Positions 48,873 through 52,887 of a DNA stretch of 52,887 bases are shown here, in pieces. This stretch comes from Pseudomonadota bacterium (GTDB lineage Bacteria > Pseudomonadota > Gammaproteobacteria > Xanthomonadales > Rhodanobacteraceae): positions 1 through 52,887 of the forward strand of contig JAJXWU010000026.1 in NCBI GenBank assembly GCA_021781425.1. Reading direction: 5' to 3'. The position numbers and the translations under genes were made by a program. How positions within the stretch are numbered: the stretch's first letter is position 1; every line of letters begins with the position of its first letter. The notes beneath the pieces were generated by a model. The model did not search any database, was not told the origin of the DNA, and worked only from the letters and a program-made list of their open reading frames with translations.

Positions 48873-50468
48873 TCAGAAAACGATGACGTTGAACGGTTCA
48901 TCGACCAGAATGCCTCGGCTCGGATTGGCCATATTGATCGTCATGCCGGTGACCGATGTCGGTGGATGCGAGCAAAAGACTCCATCGCTTGCCGTGCACC
49001 CAGAAACAATCGTTCCATTTCCTGTGCCAGTTAGAGTGAAAAACCGGCTATCGACAGCAAATCCGAAGTCGATCGTCATCGTGCCGGTAACTGGCTCGCC
49101 GTAACTGAATCCGCACGGAGGGACGGAAGCAATAAGGGCCGGCAACTGCGAGTTGAAGCAGCGTGAAATACTGCCGACACCGCCGCTGGCGGGGCGGCTT
49201 ACATGCACCATGGCCTTGATCCATCCATTCTGGCCAAGGGCTTGCGATGCGGATCCGTCTGTCGCCATGCCATAACCCGTGTCGCTATGAGCGTAGACAC
49301 CGTTGCCGCCAGAGCTGAAGCCGGCAACGCCGTTACCATTGGTACTGATGCCGAACGTGCCGTTGTTGTTGCCATCGCCGAAGCCAGCGACGCCGCTCGT
49401 ATTGCCATTCGGGTTGCTGGTGTGACCGTGCACGGCGTCGTAACCAGTACTTTCGCCCCATACGCCGGCGCCTGACCCGCTAAGGCCGTAAACGCCGGAG
49501 GCACTCGTGCTGTTTCCGTGCACGCCGTCACCGGATGTACTGGTACCCCACACGCCATAGAAATTTTTGGCGTCGCCCCAGACTCCCGCTGCGCCGCTGT
49601 TGCCGGTCGGGCCACCGTTGCTGACGCCGTACACACCCGAGCCGTTCGGGTTGTTGCCGGATACGGTGCCGGATGCGGTGACGTCGCCGGCCGTATCCAC
49701 GCGGAACTTGACCGCGGCCTGATTCCAGCCCTGGATGATGTCGCCGCCACTGCTTGAATCGTTAGTGATGATCCCTGTGGCGCTGGTCGAGCTGACGCCA
49801 TAGACATACAGCGCCGAACCGCCGTTGGCTGTGTTGGTGACTTGCAAGGCTGCGCCATTGAAGCCGGTACCAGCGCTTTGCACGTGCACGCCGAATCCGC
49901 TGCCGGTGTTTTGCACATCAAGCGCAGGACTGGAACTCGACACCGTGCCGGCGAATGGCAAAGTCACCACGCCCGCCGGGCCTTGTATCCCCTGAATGCC
50001 TTGCGGCCCGGGCGCGCCTTGTGCACCCGCGGGACCTTGCGCACCAGCGGCGCCCGTCGCGCCGGCCGGACCCTGCGGCCCCGGCACGCCGTTCAAGGCA
50101 TACAGTGCGTAGGGTGTTGCGGTGAGCGATTGGCGCGGACTGAGCGTGGTGAAACCGCCGCTACTGCCGCCTGGACGCACGCTAACTTCCACCCACAACG
50201 CTTGACCGTCGAACGGTACGTCGGTGAAATCCAGCGATGCAGTGATCAAACCTTCGCTCACTGGCAGCGTCAGCGAGAGTGTGTCGACCGCGGTGCCGCC
50301 GCTCGACACGGTGTACAGCGCGAACAGGAAATCGAAATTGCCGCTGGCCGGAGAACCATTCTGGCTCAACTGGCCCTGATAGGTGAACGCCGAGCCAGTG
50401 CTGCCGGCGAAGGCCGGGCCACACACACCGAGCAGGCTGGCGAGAAGTATACAAAGTGGCTTGCGCAT
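48873..50468 (-). CDS. Secreted fibre-like protein: AFTYQG head domain, collagen stretch, beta-repeats, Cys-containing tip
   Basis: Signal peptide; AFTYQGQL...G.FDF.F.LY...LSPRQ.L...PYAL.A; 13 G-X-Y triplets; about 11 GV(Y/W/H)G.S repeats. Confidence 0.85.
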   Translation of the reverse strand: MRKPLCILLASLLGVCGPAFAGSTGSAFTYQGQLSQNGSPASGNFDFLFALYTVSSGGTAVDTLSLTLPVSEGLITASLDFTDVPFDGQALWVEVSVRPGGSSGGFTTLSPRQSLTATPYALYALNGVPGPQGPAGATGAAGAQGPAGAQGAPGPQGIQGIQGPAGVVTLPFAGTVSSSSPALDVQNTGSGFGVHVQSAGTGFNGAALQVTNTANGGSALYVYGVSSTSATGIITNDSSSGGDIIQGWNQAAVKFRVDTAGDVTASGTVSGNNPNGSGVYGVSNGGPTGNSGAAGVWGDAKNFYGVWGTSTSGDGVHGNSTSASGVYGLSGSGAGVWGESTGYDAVHGHTSNPNGNTSGVAGFGDGNNNGTFGISTNGNGVAGFSSGGNGVYAHSDTGYGMATDGSASQALGQNGWIKAMVHVSRPASGGVGSISRCFNSQLPALIASVPPCGFSYGEPVTGTMTIDFGFAVDSRFFTLTGTGNGTIVSGCTASDGVFCSHPPTSVTGMTINMANPSRGILVDEPFNVIVF

Positions 50469-50478
50469 GATCCTCTCC

Positions 50479-50739
50479 TCACTGAGTCTCGAAGCCGTTG
50501 TGGAAAATGGAATCCGCCGTGCCGATCGCGCCGGCATTCAGCGCGTACGCGCCGCCGCTGGCCGCGCCGGCGAGCGGTTGGCCGAAGTTGCCCTTCAGAC
50601 TGAACGCGCCGCCGGCAAGCGTGCCGCCGGGGGTGAGCGTTACCGAATCGATCCGGAAGGCCCCACCTGTGGACTGGGCCAGTGCCTGGGTCGCCGCCGC
50701 AGCAACAATCGCCAGTGCGATGAACTTGCGCATAGTCAT
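50479..50739 (-). CDS. Small secreted Gly-rich protein with C-terminal DxIFxNGFE tag
   Basis: GAGGA RBS; signal peptide ending ALA; three GGA(F/Y) repeats; GQP; tail DSIFHNGFE; 10 bp upstream of the fibre gene. Confidence 0.8.
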   Translation of the reverse strand: MTMRKFIALAIVAAAATQALAQSTGGAFRIDSVTLTPGGTLAGGAFSLKGNFGQPLAGAASGGAYALNAGAIGTADSIFHNGFETQ

Positions 50740-50769
50740 GTCGACGTCCTCTGTGCGAGTGGCATCACC

Positions 50770-50799
50770 GGTTACGACATTCGGCACGCTTTACTGACA
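50770..50799 (-). promoter_or_regulatory. Putative ECF promoter, copy 3
   Basis: TGTCAGTAA-AGCGTGCCGAATGT-CGTAACC, 30 bp upstream of ATG 50739 and just downstream of a terminator. Confidence 0.7.
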
Positions 50800-50813
50800 C
50801 GAAGTGCGGACAC

Positions 50814-50838
50814 AAAAACCCCGCCATGCGGCGGGGTT
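50814..50838 (-). terminator. Rho-independent terminator of the amidohydrolase gene
   Basis: Minus strand AACCCCGCC-GCAT-GGCGGGG-TTTTT. Confidence 0.8.
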
Positions 50839-50864
50839 GGGAATTGCCGAGGAGGGAGGGCGCC

Positions 50865-52187
50865 TTACTTGTCGAGCGCCGCAGCAATCGGCTGACCGCC
50901 CTGTTCGTAGACGACACCGCCTTTCATCACGAAATCCACTTTCTGCATCAATTTGATGTCGTCAAGCGGGTTGCCCGGCACGGCGACGACGTCGGCGAAC
51001 TTGCCTGGCTCGATACTGCCGACGTCCTTGTCGTGCTTGAGCAGTTCGGCGGCGTGCATCGTGGCGGCCTGGATCGTGAACATCGGCGGCATGCCGGCTT
51101 CGACCATGTATTCGAATTCCTTCGCGTTCTCGCCGTGCGGATACACGCCCGCATCCGTGCCGAAGGCGATCTTGACGCCGGCCTTGTAGGCCTTGCCGGC
51201 GGTGGCCATGATGATCGGGCCGACCTGCATGGCCTTGCGGGCGACTTGCGGCGGATACCAACCTTCCTTCGCCTTTTCCATCACGAACTGGCCGGCGATG
51301 ATGGTCGGCACGTACCAGGTGCCGTGTTCCTTCATCAGTTTCATGTCTTCGGCATTCATGAAAGTGCCGTGTTCGATCGAATCGACCCCACCGATCACCG
51401 CGCGGCGGATCGCCTCGGCGCCGTGCGCGTGCGCGGCCACGGTGAAACCGTAATCGTGCGCGGCGGCGACGATGGCCTGGATCTCGGGCAAGGTCATCTG
51501 CGGATTTTCGGCGCTGCCGGATTCGTCGAGCACGCCACCCGAAGGCATGATCTTGATCAGATCGGCGCCATCCTTGTAATGCTGGCGCACCGCCTTCCAC
51601 GCGTCCTCTGGCGAGTTGATGATGCCGTCCTTGGGCGATGGATCGCCTTGCAGGTCCCAGCGGTAGCCGTCGGTAGGATCGGCATGTCCGCCGGTGGTGC
51701 CGATGAATTGGCCCGCGCTGAAAATGCGTGGGCCGGGAACTTCGCCCTGGTTGACCGCATTGCGCAGGGCGATGGATTCGTTGTGGAAGTCGCCGACATT
51801 GCGCACGGTGGTGAATCCGGCGAGCAGGGTGCGACGTGCGTAGACCGTGCTCTGGATCGCGTAATCGGCCGGATTGAGACGGAATACCTTGCTGTAGAAG
51901 GCGCGGTCGAACTGCATCGTCAGATGGACGTGATCGTCGATCAAGCCGGGCATGCAGGTGCCGGTTACCGCAACGGTGTTCGCACCGGCGCGCTGCTGCG
52001 TGCCGTCGAGAACGTCCTTGATGCGGTCGCCTTCGATGACAATGGTGCTGGCGCCGAGCAGCTTGCCGTGGGCGACGTCGATCAGGTGCGCGCATTGCAA
52101 CACGGTAACCGGAGGATTCGACGGCGCACCGAAGGCGGGCGCGGCGAACACGGCTGCAAGTGCGGCGGCGAATGGAACAATACGCAT
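50865..52187 (-). CDS. Secreted metal-dependent amidohydrolase (Xaa-Pro dipeptidase-like)
   Basis: Signal peptide; PGLIDDHVH, GGHAD, IK...SGG, AAHAHG, SIEHG and FGTDAG. Confidence 0.9.
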   Translation of the reverse strand: MRIVPFAAALAAVFAAPAFGAPSNPPVTVLQCAHLIDVAHGKLLGASTIVIEGDRIKDVLDGTQQRAGANTVAVTGTCMPGLIDDHVHLTMQFDRAFYSKVFRLNPADYAIQSTVYARRTLLAGFTTVRNVGDFHNESIALRNAVNQGEVPGPRIFSAGQFIGTTGGHADPTDGYRWDLQGDPSPKDGIINSPEDAWKAVRQHYKDGADLIKIMPSGGVLDESGSAENPQMTLPEIQAIVAAAHDYGFTVAAHAHGAEAIRRAVIGGVDSIEHGTFMNAEDMKLMKEHGTWYVPTIIAGQFVMEKAKEGWYPPQVARKAMQVGPIIMATAGKAYKAGVKIAFGTDAGVYPHGENAKEFEYMVEAGMPPMFTIQAATMHAAELLKHDKDVGSIEPGKFADVVAVPGNPLDDIKLMQKVDFVMKGGVVYEQGGQPIAAALDK

Positions 52188-52267
52188 GCTGGCTCTCCCT
52201 TGGGCAACCGCCGAAGCATACGCGCAACTTCGAACTGCGCCTATGCCGGAAGGCACGCCCTGCGTGC

Positions 52268-52887
52268 TTACGCCCCGTTGTTCGCCAAGCCGTGACGCAC
52301 GGCGTAGAGCGCGATCTGGGTACGGTCTGCCAGGCGCAGTTTTGCCAGGATCTGGCTGACATAACCCTTGACCGTGCCTTCCGTGAGATTCAGGCGTTTG
52401 CCGATCTGCTTGTTCGACAGGCCTTCGGCGATGAGCTTGAGCACGTCGGTTTCGCGCGCGGTGAGTGCGTCGCGGGCCGTTTGCGGCTTGCGCAGCAGTT
52501 CCATCAATTGCCGTTGCGCGGCGGGCGCCAGAAACGTCTCGCCGGCCGCGACGCTGCGGATGGCAGCGATCAGATCGTGCTGCAACGCATCTTTCAACAG
52601 GTAGCCGGTTGCGCCGGCGTCGAGCGTGGCGCGGATCAGCGCATCTTCGCCGAAACTGGTGAACACGAGCACGCGTATGCCGGGCACGCGTTCGCGCAGG
52701 GCGGCAATGGTTTCCGGCGCGGACAGGCCGGGCATTTTCAGATCGACCAGGGCGACATCCGGCGCCAGCGCGGCGGCGCTGGCCAGTGCCTCGTTGCCGC
52801 TGCCGAATTCGCCCACCACGGTGAAATCCGCGTCGGTTTCCAGCACCGCGCGCACGCCTTCGCGCAGCACGGCGTGATCGTCGATCA
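52268..52887 (-). CDS. NarL/LuxR-family response regulator (start outside window)
   Basis: IDDHAVLREG, VDLKMP, YLLKD and LTARE...SNKQI...EGTVK. Confidence 0.92.
   Translation of the reverse strand, partial: IDDHAVLREGVRAVLETDADFTVVGEFGSGNEALASAAALAPDVALVDLKMPGLSAPETIAALRERVPGIRVLVFTSFGEDALIRATLDAGATGYLLKDALQHDLIAAIRSVAAGETFLAPAAQRQLMELLRKPQTARDALTARETDVLKLIAEGLSNKQIGKRLNLTEGTVKGYVSQILAKLRLADRTQIALYAVRHGLANNGA

Noticed and set aside
48873-50468. Prophage tail fibre
   Set aside because: The protein has a Sec signal peptide and there are no neighbouring phage genes.

Overview
High-GC window, most likely from a Rhodanobacteraceae/Xanthomonadales genome (inferred from gene content). It has three parts. 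(1) 1-10786 is the right end of a defence-rich genomic island integrated at tRNA-Pro(GGG). It carries a type I RM R subunit, an AAA-ATPase/S8 protease (IetAS-like) pair, toxin/immunity debris, an intact ISL3 and an AbiEi/AbiEii pair. It ends in an attR (3' half of the tRNA), and its 103-bp att arm is duplicated internally. (2) About 10.8-35 kb is mostly core chromosome: pip, psiF, lat, an ABC/DesKR-like module, queA-[TA plus hsdR remnant]-tgt-yajC-secDF, suhB, trmJ, a CorC-type protein, ATL, a rhomboid and two M13 peptidases. Three copies of an 83-95 bp palindromic repeat lie in this part. (3) About 35-51 kb is a cluster of secreted/surface proteins around an ECF43-type sigma factor and Ser/Thr-kinase-TPR pair. 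The best candidate for an undescribed system is in part 3. Four Sec-secreted proteins from three unrelated families share a C-terminal tag D-x-[IV]-F-x-N-G-F-[DE]. One of them is a tiny Gly-rich protein encoded directly before a collagen/beta-repeat fibre. Three transcription units of the cluster share an identically spaced 30-bp promoter-like motif, TGTCAGTAA-N14-C[GT]TA. Family names are recognised from motifs by eye; no database searches were run.
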